Assembly: GCF_052425735.1 (NCBI RefSeq)
Contig: NC_135761.1
Location: 17,484,001-17,548,000, forward strand
Direction of reading: 5' to 3'
From: Oculina patagonica
Lineage: Eukaryota
Length of the DNA: 64,000 nucleotides
Part shown: positions 10,601-23,235 of the stretch, in pieces
Layout of the letters: the number at the start of each line of letters is the position of its first letter
Position numbering within the stretch: the first letter of the stretch is position 1
The notes under the pieces: generated by a model
Told to the model about the DNA's origin: nothing
The model's database searches: none
The model's input: only the letters and a program-made list of their open reading frames with translations
Made by a program: the position numbers and the translations under genes

Positions 10601-12746
10601 ATGTCCAATCTGCTATCAATGATACTTTTTAAGGCAAGAAAACACATTAGATGAAGGATTACATTTAATCTTTTTCTGAAGTTGATGCTCCCATGGTAAC
10701 CATGTATGTTTTCACAAATTTTGAATTTTCCTGCTTTTTATTATTTTTTAACTAAAAGCTTCTTTTTGCAGTAACTTGCATTTGTATATAACCACAGCAA
10801 CCTTTTATTGTTTTAACTGAAACTTTTATTCAGTTTAGTTTTGGTGAAAGGAAAGATGAATCCTTCATTAACAAGGTTTTAGCACTCTGTACTCCATAGT
10901 TTTGTGTTTAAGGGCCATTTAAAAATTCTATAGTGTTTCTCTTTTTCGTTTAAGTCCAAAAGATGGTATTTTTAGTGTTCAGAGGCCTTGGAAGTTTGTA
11001 AATACGTGCCCCATGGCACCATTATTTTCTTGTACATTTTCAACGCACAGAATTAGAAAACCTTCTTTCTAGGACCCCAAGAGTTGCCTAAAAATATGCG
11101 CAGAAAACAAATTCTGATTGGTTTTTTTGCCTTTATTATCTATAGAACAATAGGAGAACCAAAAAGTCTCCAGGGAGGGAGGGAAAGGACATTTGTCACG
11201 ATGCACGTTTTACGGGCGGTTACCAGTGGCACATGCATTTTAGGGGTGGTTTTTGCACAAGCAGTTACGGGCCTAAATCCCCAAATAATCTTTAGTTATG
11301 ACCCCCAAATCACTTTTCGTTTAACAAGAAAAGTGATTTTGTATCCCGGCGTGCCCAATCGATGAAATTCGATAATCGATAAAATCAATTGTAATCGATA
11401 ATAATCGATAGCAGTTAATCGATTGATATCGGAAATCGATGAAAATCGATGAACCAAAGAGTTGTGAGTATCGATTTTCATCGATTTTCATCAATTGTCA
11501 TCGATTTTTATCGATTATATCGATTGTCAGCTGCAATCGTTTAATAATGATTTCAGATACGTTTGCGCTAGGCATTGGTAATTGAGTCTAACCTATTGCA
11601 TTTTTTTCCTTTTCACAAAAAGTGATCTATTGTGCAATTGCTGCTTTTCCTCTAAATGTGTAAAAATTACGAAACACTTGATTGAAAGTGTGTTCAAAAC
11701 TCTCTTCGAAATGTTTAATTAGTTGAAACCCGTGATTTGTGGACAATACCCTCTAAATAGCCCTCCATAATCTCTGATGTGAACAGACACGGATTCGTTA
11801 AACAACGTTTCCTGAAATTACCAACTTCTTCAATTAAGAAGAGACCCTGCCATTTTCCCCTTTTTCCACGTATAGACTGACTTCACTCGGTTCGCAGGAG
11901 CTTCCACTGGTATCCAACTCTACCGGGAGTCTTGGATGTTGCTAGCTCTTTTTTATTTTGTAATCACGAAAAGGCGATTTAAATTCCATCATAATGGGCA
12001 TTCGTGGTAGCCCTTCACAATAGCCTCTATTATTAGTACGTTCATTTCGTGCTTTGTTTGACTCGCAGAACTTCGATTTGACTAAATTAGTGAAAGGATG
12101 CGTAACGTATCGCCTTACAAATGTTGCAAGAATTGATAAATGGTTCATTTATTTATTATAACCAATAATAATCGATAAAATCGATAAAAATCGATACAAT
12201 TAAGAGGACGTGAATTGTGAGTATCGATTTTCATCGCTTAATGGAACCAATCGATATTAATCGATTGATTTTTATCGATTATATTGATTATATCGATTGG
12301 TTTCCGATGATCGATTTTCATCGATTGGACAGGCCGGGTTTTGTATGTACCTCCAATTTTGTACATGGAGATGCTAAGCTTGTACTAACAGAAAAAGATC
12401 ATTTCTGCTTACCTAACGCCGCCGCTACACCAGATTCAGCGATCAGATTGTGTCCACAAGCGTGTCCCACTTCTGGTAAAGCGTCATATTCACTAATCAG
12501 ACCAATTGTTAAACCTCCATCTTCACCGCTTTCAGCACGAAAAGCAGTATCCAAAGTGTAATGGGGGGTCACATCGAAACCTCGCTCCGCTAAAAACTCC
12601 GTCAGTTTATCATGAGCGTGCGTCTCCTTGAAAGATAGCTCTGGGTTTTCCCATATGCTTTTGTTCAGATCATATAAGTCAGAAGAATAGATGTCAATCC
12701 CTTCCTTTGCTTTTTGCTTCAGAATCTCTGCCTGATCGCTCGCCAT
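7656..12746 (-). CDS. PM20D2: PM20D2-like peptidase M20 (Xaa-Arg dipeptidase-like), copy B, ~400 aa
   Basis: Exons 12746-12413, 10558-10073 and 8038-7656 (334+486+383 = 1203 nt, in frame, GT/AG). M20 motifs HACGHN, PAEEGGGGK, MMVHP and STDMGNVS..IHP. Confidence 0.92.
8290..8635. mobile_element. MITE with TTTTACGGYTAAC subterminal repeats, 6-bp TSD
   Basis: TIR gagggtctcaatgggg / ccccattgagaccctc; CTAGAA at 8284-8289 and 8636-8641. Confidence 0.8.
8901..9684. mobile_element. Mutator-like MITE, 9-bp TSD
   Basis: TIR TAACCTGCGATCAGGC; GATGTAACT at 8892-8900 and 9685-9693; inner inverted repeat gcctgatacaattacttgtc. Confidence 0.85.
9809..9852 (+). ncRNA. Minimal type-I hammerhead ribozyme motif (Penelope-like element pLTR type)
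   Basis: Stem I ATCGC/GCGAT, core CTGATGA, stem II GACT/AGTC, GAAA, minimal palindromic stem III ACGT, GUU cleavage triplet. Confidence 0.7.
11345..12338. mobile_element. ~1-kb MITE with ATCGAT arrays, 8-bp TSD, in intron 1 of PM20D2 copy B
   Basis: Imperfect TIR CCCGGC(G/C)TG(C/T)CCAATCGATGAAA; TTTTGTAT at 11337-11344 and 12339-12346. Confidence 0.85.
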
Positions 12747-12804
12747 CTTTGCCGCACGCACGAGTGACTACATTACGGATACATGACGTACATTGCATTT
12801 GGAT

Positions 12805-12850
12805 GGTAACAGCCGATGTGAGCGCGGGCGCATCATCGCGGAAGTTTTGT
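12805..12850 (-). promoter_or_regulatory. Conserved proximal promoter block of PM20D2 paralogs (ETS-like CGGAAGT)
   Basis: acagc.gatgtgagcgcgggcg.a.c.tc.cggaagt.tt recurs about 40-100 nt upstream of the ATG in copies A (~4780-4820), B and C (~17688-17730); copy D has aaacttccggt at ~21568. Confidence 0.55.
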
Positions 12851-12900
12851 CTTGAAGGTGTGTGGTATGGGGGAGGGGGGGGGGGGGCTGGAAAAGAGGA

Positions 12901-13022
12901 GCACCGTAAGTTAATCATTAGCGTTAAAACATAGCTTTGGGCTTTAGATCACAAAAGTCAGAAGAATAGACGTCAATCGCTAACAGCGGATTTGAGCGCT
13001 AGCGCATCATCCGCCGAATTTA
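12901..13022 (-). pseudogene. Decayed fragment of PM20D2 exon 1 plus promoter
   Basis: Blocks ccgtaagttaatcattagcg, ttaaaacatagctttggg, tagatcacaaaagtcagaagaatagacgtcaatcgct and aacagcggatttgagcgctagcgcatcatc align in order with exon 1 and upstream sequence of copies A and B. Confidence 0.65.
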
Positions 13023-14836
13023 AGTCACCTCAAAACTTTGCATGGACCTTTGCACGAGGTTTATTTTATTTGATATATGTTCTTTCAATTGTTCCTTTCA
13101 CTTATTTTATCAAGCGTTTTGAATGTGTCGACGCAGGAGGGTGTATTTTAAAGGCGTGGATACAAGCCAAGGAGGATTGAAATATTATCCCACAATGCAA
13201 CGCGACAGGGAGATATTAAAAATCAGCAGGTCACGTTGGGCGGTGGATCCAGACCGGCTTCCACCGTTTTACCGAAATCGTCCAATTTTTAAAAAAAATG
13301 TTTGGTAGCTGGATCAGGAACCATCAATGAGGTCGGGAATAAACCAAGGCACGGTTTTTTAGTAGATTTCATCTTAGGCCGGATAAGTAGAAAAAAAGAA
13401 ACAAATCGTCAGTCGCGTCGTCGTGGGTTGTTCTTCACAATTGCGCGCAGTGTTGAATATAGTGAACACACACTTCAGCAACATTTAGCAACAAAGTAAC
13501 AATAGTTTAAAAAAGGACCGCGGGAAATTGAACGAGCTAGAATGTACATGATAAGGTAGTTGGGCGGCGGATCCAGACCAGCTTCCACCGTTTTATGGAA
13601 ATCGTCCAATTTTTTTATTACAAATAAATATTTTTAGTGTTTATTATGTTGAAGAAAATTTCCAAGTCTAAATATCCAAAAAAAAAATAATTTGTTATCA
13701 TCCTGTCCGAAAATACCCGGAAATGGCACTTTAGGGAGTCAAAATCTATTTTTTTTTGTCGGGGGAGCATGTTCCCAGACCTGGAGGCTCGCGCTTCTGT
13801 TATCGTGAAACGGACATCATTTTTCCTGGAGGGGGGTGGTTAGCACTCGTTCACACGGCTCAAAAGGACCCCATTACAGCAGTGAGCCTACCGTCGCACG
13901 TCTGGTAGCCTAATTTGCACTCTGGTTAGCCTGATTACCCTATTTTCGGTTAAGGGGAACGCGTATTTTTTGTCCTTGTGAGCCGTACGTGTGAACAAGT
14001 GCTAACCGTCATTTTCTCCGCTTGCTTGCTTACCACAAAGAAAAAAAAGAAAGGAAAAAGACTATGGGCGGAGTAACACACGTTGCCGTTGTTGCGCGTA
14101 ATGATGCAGACTGTGCGCAACAGTGCAGTTCAGCCATTGCACACAATATTGAGCAGTGCTGCTCCGTGTATCCGGACTTTTAAACTGAAGTGACTGTGCT
14201 GATGGTCCAAAAAAAACTCAAGAAAATCAAAGGTCTGAAACAACGAGCAGGGTTTGGTGAATATCTTCTGATATATTTTCTTTGACTAAATAAATAAACA
14301 AACAAACAAACAAAAACTGGAATGAAGACGTTATTTAATCATGCGACACTGAGCTAACTGACACATAATGCAATGTATATAACAGAAGCATATCATGCAT
14401 GGTTCTAGGTGATATGCTTCTGATATAATTATAATGCCTTCTCTTAGAAGTGTCATTTTACAACTTTCTGGCCTAGTTTAAAACAAGTTGCGCTATGATA
14501 ACTTAAAAGGGCTAGTCAATTAATGTAAAACTCATGCTATAAATAAACTACTGTTGCCTTTTTTTTTAAAAAAAAAAGCTGAATTGAATAAACTATCACT
14601 GATGAATTGCCATTAACAACTAATATGTTGATCATTTAGTGAGTAATTATGATACTCTGTTATTTCAAATTGGCCTGCATCTAGTTTGCATTTCATGCTC
14701 AGGCAATTTCAAAATTACAAGGAAAGTTATCCTCTGAATTAAGTTATCAAATCAAGTGTTACTACTAAATACCCTTAATGACATCTGTAACATGCAACCT
14801 CTTGACTAACCTAAAGAGACTGTCCTCGCTCATTAC

Positions 14837-17650
14837 TTATTCAGTTGTAGCATGTGATATCTTAAAGTCATTTCGCACTTTGTCAATCATATCTTGATTG
14901 CACAACACATCAATAGCAGTCATGGCCATTGCCTTGCTTGCGGTCAAGGTTTTCTCATGAGCGAGTTGCGTAATTGCTGCTGTTGTGAATGCGTGAGAAT
15001 GATTGGGCGCTGCTGTGCCGATGGAATACATTGGATGTATGGAAGGAACTACATGAGAAACATTTCCCATGTCAGTTGAGGCCGAGAAATCTGCTTCAGG
15101 AGGAAATGTTACCCCTAAAGTCTCTGCATTTGCTTGGTAGAGTTGAGCGAGGGTGTTGTTGTGGTCCAAATGTGAATATCTATCGGAAGACATCCACTCC
15201 ATAACAACTTTGCATCCTGAGGAAAAAAAGAAGAACTTTACAATTATGGTTTTTACCAAGAAGAGTGCTAATTATATACACTGCAGTGCACACATGATTT
15301 CTTTTTCACGGCAATCAATTCAAGTCGAGGAATTGAACTTGCTGACACAGAGAAATTTTTGTTAAGTTAGAGCAATTTTTAATTGAGTGTCCTAAAACCA
15401 AAAGCAAAGTAATAATTCTGGCCAATCAGAAAGGACACAGACAATCCAGTGAACCAATCAAAACTCGAAGCAAATACATGTCGCAGAAACGAAGCGCGGG
15501 GAAACACGAGACATGATCGGTTTTAGTTTTAATTCTAATTGGCTGAGAAAGTGGCATGAGATTTTTAAACCAAATTATTACTAAGGATAGCAATGCAAAA
15601 CCAAAGCAAAAGCAAATTACTTTTGACATTCAAGTGAAAACTGCTCTATCACTCTGACCAATCACAAACAGACAATCCAGTAACCTGACATTTTTGAAGC
15701 AAGCACATGTAGCTGGCATGAGCGCAGGAAAACAAGTGCAAGCATGTTAAGATTCAGGTTTTGGTTTTACTTCTTTCTGGCTGGTTGAGAAAGTGGCACA
15801 AATTTTTGGTAAAAAATGCAAAATAAAACTGAATGCAAATTACTTTAATTCTTCTATTGCAAGTGTTATGTTGTCATAGTCTTTTTTTTAGTCACTCATT
15901 ACGAGATTTGCATGCCATGTAACTGATGCCTCACCAAAGAATGACAGCCTTTTACGTCATTTCTCCCATGCATGAACAAATTCACTAGCTCTTTAGGCTC
16001 AAGTCTCATCCTCGCTCCAAGGGTTTTTCTCCGGGTTCTCTGGTTTCCTCCCCCACAAAAATCAACACTGCTAAATTCCAACTCGATTGGGAAGAGTGGA
16101 TGAAGAGCCACCCTGTGGAAGTGCCACTGCAAATTCCTATTTATTTATTTTTTATTTACCTTTTTTTATTATCCTAAATAACAGCTTTTATAAGTGTGTT
16201 GTATCTAATCAAATGAAAGAACATAAAACATACCAGTGGCTGATGCTGCAGCTTCAAAACAGTTTGAGACCTTTCCCTTCAATACATCTAGCTCCTGGTC
16301 AGTCACGGTCCTGATATAACACTGGAGCTGAGCACGGTCAGGAATGATGTTAGGCTTCACACCTCCCTCAGTGATAATGGTATGGACACGCCACGTGGGC
16401 TTCATCTGTTGCCGTAGCACACTAATGTTGTTATAAGCCATGACTGCTGCATCCAATGCATTGATTCCTTCCCAAGGGAATGCCGCGGCATGGGCAGCAT
16501 GACCTTTGTATGTAACTATGGCACCCTCACGGGCTAGAACAACTGGCTTAAGCATATCTACAGGGGAAGGATGGACCATCATACAGAAGTCAATATCTTT
16601 AAAGCATCCACTGTTGATCATCAGAATCTTGCCGCCGCCTCCTTCCTCAGCAGGAGTTCCAAGAAGAACTATTTTCACTTTTGGTTTCTTATTGACTGCC
16701 TCCAAAGCAATCTTGAGACCTGTAAAAATATAAATGATACAGATTTGTTTACTGCACCTTTCAATACAGGCAACTCTGAAGTTCCAAACCTAACAAATGA
16801 TATCACTTTTTTTGCAAAAAATCAACAACAAAATGGATCAAAATCTACCAATTACCACATACAAACAGGACCTTTTGAACCCCTTAAAGTGAACTTATGT
16901 TAACTGAGAGGTCTGCCTAGATGATTGACAGCAGCAAAAACACAACTTAGTTTGCCTGTTATTGAAAGACACAGTTAAAATTGTCTTCATAAGGTTAATG
17001 GTGATGATGATGATAAGTTTTTGATGTTAGGTCCTTTCTGTAATAGGTCCTTTCTGTAATATTTCTACAGAAAAAAATCGGTTATGTGATTGGCTTAATC
17101 CATTTGGCTTCTATGACAATCACATGAGTAACAACAATAATTAACAATAACTATTACTGTTTTACAACTATGCAATAATTGAAAACTACGGGAAGCGGAA
17201 AGTCAAGATCCCCTGCCCTACCCCCCACCCCCACCCACACCCCACCAATGAAATCGGTCCCATGACCCGTGATGGTGTAGATGTGTGAGTCGAAAATGAA
17301 CCTAAAACATAACTACCTAATGCGGCCGCTACACCAGATTCAGCGATCAGATTGTGTCCACAAGCGTGTCCCACTTCTGGTAAAGCGTCATATTCACTAA
17401 TCAGACCAATTGTTAAACCACCATCTTCGCCGCTTTCAGCACGAAAAGCAGTATCCAAAGTGTAATGGGGGGTCACATCGAAACCTCGCTCCGCTAAAAA
17501 CTCCGTCAGTTGATCATGAGCGTGCGTCTCCTTGAAAGATAGCTCTGGATTTTCCCATATGCTTTTGTTAAGATCATATAAGTCAGAAGCATAGACATCG
17601 ATCGCTTCCTTTGCTTTTTGTTTCAGAATCGCTGCCTGATCGCTCGCCAT
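14837..17650 (-). CDS. PM20D2: PM20D2-like peptidase M20, copy C, ~399 aa
   Basis: Exons 17650-17317, 16719-16234 and 15216-14837 (1200 nt, in frame); same M20 motifs. Confidence 0.92.
15368..15648. mobile_element. Palindromic CCAATCA-rich MITE family (another copy at 35957-36238, degenerate copy at ~56770-57010)
   Basis: tagagcaatttttaattgagtgtc ... gacattcaagtgaaaactgctcta; same layout at 35957-36238. Confidence 0.7.
16005..16152 (+). mobile_element. 5'-truncated SINE body
   Basis: GGTTTTTCTCCGGGTTCTCTGGTTTCCTCCC central motif typical of tRNA-SINE bodies, ending in an (ATTT)n tail. Confidence 0.55.
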
Positions 17651-18389
17651 CTTTACTGCTCGAGTGACAGACGCACTTGGGAGCGTGACAGCGGATGTGA
17701 GCGCGGGCGTAGCTTCCCGGAAGTTTTGTTTTGGAGGGATTAACTCGTCGCCGAGAAGGCCCTAGGGACGAGGTTGGTAGGTTAATTTTTGTTTTGCTAA
17801 AATTGTCTGTCAGGTTTAATTTTGTACGTAAAATCGTGCAACCATTCTTGGAGGGAGCTGCATTCATTGGTCCGGGTTTAATCAGGAGATATTTGGGGTG
17901 GAAGGGGGGGGGGGGGGGGGGGCCCCCCCCCGCCTCTTCGTGCTATTTTTATTGAAAAATATTATGCAATTTTGCAACATTTTCCCAATTTCTCAAGGTT
18001 CCTGCCAGTATTGGGATTGGGAATCCCAATTCCTGCCCTTTCTTCTGATCCCACCTCTTGTGGAGTTCTTGCTCCCGTTACTCCCAGGTCCCCCCCCCTC
18101 CCCCAATTTCCCCTGATACTGATTGAAATGATGACCAAAATGATGACAATGTATGGGCTGCACTGAGAACTATTTCCAGCTTAAACAAAATTTTGAACTT
18201 TTCTTAACATAGCTTCATCTTCGAATCAGATCTTTTCACCGAGGTTTGGAAAACTTTTCCAAAGATTAAAAAATATCTTTTCCAGATTACTATACTTTTT
18301 TGTTCAAACCCTTTACTTTATTATCAATATAAAAAAAATCTTATAACAATGGGGTAACCTACATGTACGCATTTACACAATAATTAAGT

Positions 18390-18425
<36 letters not shown>

Positions 18426-18432
18426 TGTGCAA

Positions 18433-18468
<36 letters not shown>

Positions 18469-18474
18469 ATAGAT

Positions 18475-18505
<31 letters not shown>

Positions 18506-19154
18506 GAAACTCTAAAGAATTGCAGTCCAAAACCTACAATTTTATGTACTTTTAAGCCAAAAATCAAGAAAAATTCACCCTTTAAAGAGCAATGCGCGCG
18601 CGATTGTTTTCTATCAGCGAATAGAAATCAATGGGAGAACCAATCAGATTCGCGGATTTCCAATAGAACACGACTGAGTTTCTACTAATAAATTATAGAT
18701 TTGCCTTATATTATGCCATTGAACCATAAATGGCCTAGGGTTGTCTAAACGTCTTTGGCCTATAATTAGTGAGAAAACCATCCAGAGTGTTCATTACCTT
18801 TTTACCATAAGGATTTTTCCTAATGGTAAATCTACTATGTTCCCATAATTAATTCTCCTAGATATGTTTAAAACAATATGGCACTTCTGTAACTCACTCA
18901 ACTTGAAAATGAAATTTTGTTTTGTTCAACTTAAAATTGACTAGTTTTTAACTTCAGTTGCCTTAGGATCTGCATTCATTACTGATTTATAATTTAGCCA
19001 TGCCACTCAGTCTTTTTTAGTTTGATTATTTACTATTGTGACACAAACAAATACAAAAAGTAGGATAAGGAGGGGGCAAGACCAAAAAGAAACTATAAAG
19101 CTTTAATGCATGTGTGTTCGGCCTTTCTGGCCAACTGTCTGCTCGCTGACCATG

Positions 19155-21434
19155 TCACTCTTTATTTGTAGCATGTGTTATCTTAAAGTCATTTCGCACT
19201 TTGTCAATCATATCTTGATTGCACAACACATCAATAGCAGTCATGGCCATTGCCTTGCTTGCAGTCAAGGTTTTCTCATGAGCGATTTGTGTGATTGCTG
19301 CTGTTGTGAATGTGTGAGAATGATTGGGAGCTGTTGAACCAATAGAATACATGGGATGTATGGATGGAACAACATGAGAAACATTTCCCATGTCAGTCGA
19401 GGCTGGGAAGTCTTCTTGAGGAGGAAATGTTACTCCTAAAGTCTCTGCATTTGCTTGGTAGAGTTGAGCGAGGGTGTTGTTGGTGTCCAGGTTTGAATAA
19501 CGGGGATGTATCCACTCAATAGCAACTTTGCACCCTACATGGGAAATAAATGGTAGTATGACTAGAATACATGTAGTTACATTGTAATTTAATGTATATT
19601 AAATTCAGTAAAAAATACAAGGGGTCTGTGGTTGGAGAGAGGCACTGAGAGTAAGACATCCTCAATTGCCAATGTATAAAGAAAAAAAACATAAATTATT
19701 ATTATTTTCCAGAAATAATTCTACACCCTCTATCAGTTTTCAAGGGCTCACTGTAAAACAATCACAGTAACTTTTACTGTGATGTTTTAGAAAAAAATAG
19801 GGGGTTCTCCGTTTGGTTTAACTGCTCACCCCCACCCTTATGGAAATTCTTGTTTACTTGTAATAACAATAATATTAATTTTTTAAACGTAGCTAGCTTT
19901 CCTTTAAAAATTTTGGCGTTTGAAACTTCCCTCCCTCCTGGGAATTTCCAGTGACCTTTCTTGGGTTGCATATGGAAATTTCCTGGAACTGCACATTTTG
20001 CACAAAGTTGCAGGAAATTAAGTGCTTGTCTGAATCTTTTTTATAATTTTGTGCATGTATGAAAACATCAATGTTTACTCTTATTACCTGTAGCTGTTGC
20101 AGCAGCTTGAAAGCAGCTTGTGACCTTTTCAGCTACTATGTTCAACTCTTTATCATTTGGCGCTCTAATATTGTATGTCAGCTGGGCTCGGTCAGGAATG
20201 ATATTGGGTTTTACTCCTCCTTCAGAAATGATAGCATGAACATGCCAAGTGGGCTTCAATTGTTGTCGTAATACACTTGTGTTGTTATAAGCCATGACTG
20301 CTGCATCCAGTGCATTGATTCCTTCCCAAGGGAATGCCGCAGCATGAGAAGCATGACCTTTGTAAGTTACAATAACATCCTGTTCAGATAAAATAGATGG
20401 CTTCAGCACATCAGCTGGGCAAGGATGGACCATCATACAAAAGTCTATATCTTTGAAGCATCCACTGTTGATCATCACAACCTTGCCGCCACCTCCTTCC
20501 TCGGCAGGAGTGCCAAGAAGAACTATTTTCACTTTTGGTTTCTGTTCGGCTGCTTCCAATGCAATCTTGAGGCCTGCAAAAATTCAGTAACAGGTATCAA
20601 TGATGATAAAGTTCATTTTTATCCACTCTCGAACCGAGAGCCTTGTTACCATTTTTTCTTGCCATCAGTCACAAGCAAAAGAGAAGTGCTCTGGAGTTGA
20701 GAATAGTTTATATCCTAGTCACATAGTTCATGGGCACTGATGTTTAAGTCCGATGCTGCCACATCTCAAAGTAAAAAGTTAAATTGTATACCCCATATCA
20801 AACCAGAAATGGAGAGGATGTTTTATTTTTAAAGTTCCTCCAGAATACTAACCATCCGCTATTTATTTTGGTCTGAGACCGCGCAGGGGTCAGCCCAACC
20901 TAAACTTTTCTAGGTATTCCCCCCCTAGGACTGTGTCTCATGTTTTGGGAAATTTTCGAAAGCCTCCCCACCCCCTAGAAGGCACTAGAGAAAAATCACG
21001 CACCTCCCCCCCCCCCCCACTCAAAATCGTCATGGCCCCGTCTAGATAAATTTTGAACCCTCCCCTACAACCCTATGTAGCTAATTCAGCACTTGATTAC
21101 CTAATACCGCCGCTACACCAGATTCAGCGATCAGATTGTGTCCACAAGCGTGTCCCACTTCTGGTAAAGCGTCATATTCACTAATCAGGCCAATTGTTAA
21201 ACCTCCATCTTCACCGCTTTCAGCACGAAAAGCAGTATCCAAAGTGTAATGGGGGGTCACATCGAAACCTCGCTCCGCTAAAAACTCCGTCAGTTGATCA
21301 TGAGCGTACGTCTCCTTGAAAGATAGCTCTGGGTTTTCCCATAGCTTTTTGTTTAGATCATACAACTGAGAAGAATGTTGGTCGATCGCTTCGATTGCAC
21401 GCCGTTTCATCGCAGCCGCCGATTCGTCTGCCAT
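19155..21434 (-). CDS. PM20D2: PM20D2-like peptidase M20, copy D, ~399 aa
   Basis: Exons 21434-21101, 20573-20088 and 19534-19155 (1200 nt, in frame); divergent N-terminus MADESAAAMKRRAIEAID. Confidence 0.92.
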
Positions 21435-21958
21435 TTTGGGATACACAACTGGCTTGAATACTAGATGTCCTTGCGTTACCAACCTGGTCACGCAACATCG
21501 TCGCTATCCCTGGGAACGAAGTCCCGGTAGTCAGATGTGTTCGGATGCCTTGCGCTTTCTGAAGTAAAACTTCCGGTGGTTAGTTACTTTGGCCTTGTAC
21601 TGCAGACAAAACAAAATTTGAGATGGTAGAACAAAAAAAAATACCAAAAAATTTAACTATGCCAATTGTATGCACCCCATGCTGTAAACCAGGAGCCCAT
21701 TACGTGTAAAGGTACAGTTACTGTGAAGGAAAGAGTTCAGAGTTGCTCACATACAAGAAAATAATTCCATCGAGAAAAGAGCTACCCAATAGAGAGGGAT
21801 AGAATAAATTATAATTTAGAACACCCGCAGTCGTATCATATCACGCGTAACAACTAAAAGAGGACAATTCACAGCTCACGAAAGAGACCCTTCACCGCAC
21901 TCTGTTGCTGTGTCCTCAGTCCTTAAAAAACACGGTTCTTGCAAAAAGTTATTTTCCA

Positions 21959-22296
21959 ATTAGCCATGTTCGAAACGAGCGGGGGACAGGGTACGAGTAT
22001 TCAATATCGATTGAATTAAAAAATTGGACCTGTTATCTGAAAGAGCATCCAAAAATTAGTAACTTAACCAAATTTGAGAGTTATTTGTATTAAACGCAAA
22101 GGTGTGGTTCACTTTTAGAAATCGCTTAAAATAAGAGAGCTTAGTATGGATTGGAGGGACAGCTAAACCAATAACAATCCCATTTTGTAAATAAACTAAT
22201 TTTTGGATGCTCTTTCAGATGACAGGGTTCATTTTTCTATAAAGCCAATTTTTAAAATTCGTTCCCAGTCCCTTGCTCGTTTAGAACATGGCTAAT
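21959..22296. mobile_element. MITE in the PM20D2/DSL divergent spacer
   Basis: attagccatgttcgaaacgagc / gctcgtttagaacatggctaat plus inner inverted repeats. Confidence 0.7.
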
Positions 22297-23235
22297 AGCA
22301 TGCACATATACCATGTACCATGTAGTTAAGTATGTTTTTAAAAAAAAAAACTAAAAGGAGACGGCAGGTTTCAGAAAAAAAGTCAGTTGATATCAGTGGT
22401 GAACAACCCAACTGGTTCGATGGCCCATGTAAAACGGTTATACAAGAGTAAACGGTCATATTAAAAACAATCCTGAAGCAAAACGCTCTAAATAGATGTG
22501 CGCCTTTACCCTAAACAAATCTCAGTCACATCACTCGGTAGCATGATTGTTGACTATTGCATGTTCAAGGTTTAATATACGTAAAACTGGGGACGATCTT
22601 CACTGCCAGTTCCATATCATCCTTTCCTAGTCACGGTATAAACAGTGGTAAGCCACAAGAGGCCGGGGGGGGGGGACTCACGGAAGTGGGAATATTAACC
22701 CCCCTATATAACGTACGAAGTGTGTATGTACCAACCCAAACGATGTGAGTTTGAGCTGTTTTAGCTACAATAGTCACGGGGTTGTAGATTTTGCCTTTCG
22801 TCAGAGATAGGTTGTAATTGTTCCAGATAATATTCCTCCACTTTACAAAAGAGAGAAAAGTAGCAAAGGAAAATAATTTATGTGTTGCACTCTTTCACTC
22901 AATAAGTTAAAGTTTTCCAGAAGCGTGCGGTAAACGCCCCCACCAATAATTCCGAGGGCTTATCCCGTTCTCCGCAGGGATTTTCCAGGGCATAAATCCG
23001 AGAAAAGATTAGCTTGGAACGTCGATCAAAACAAAACAGCATGGCTAATTTCTATATTTTGACCACGCCCTCTATTCCAGTGTACCCGAAAACAAACATT
23101 GAGTATTTCGCAAGTTCTCCACTTGAGGGAAATCAAAATAAAAGCTTAGTAAAGACTGCGGACTGTCAAGTTAACTGTTACCTCGAGTTCAGATGACACT
23201 GTTTACTCCTTTAAAAAACACAACTTTGCACCAAA

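Noticed and set aside
378-21491. Bacterial amidohydrolase operon or recent horizontal transfer
   Set aside because: Genes have conserved spliceosomal introns and match the animal PM20D2 pattern.
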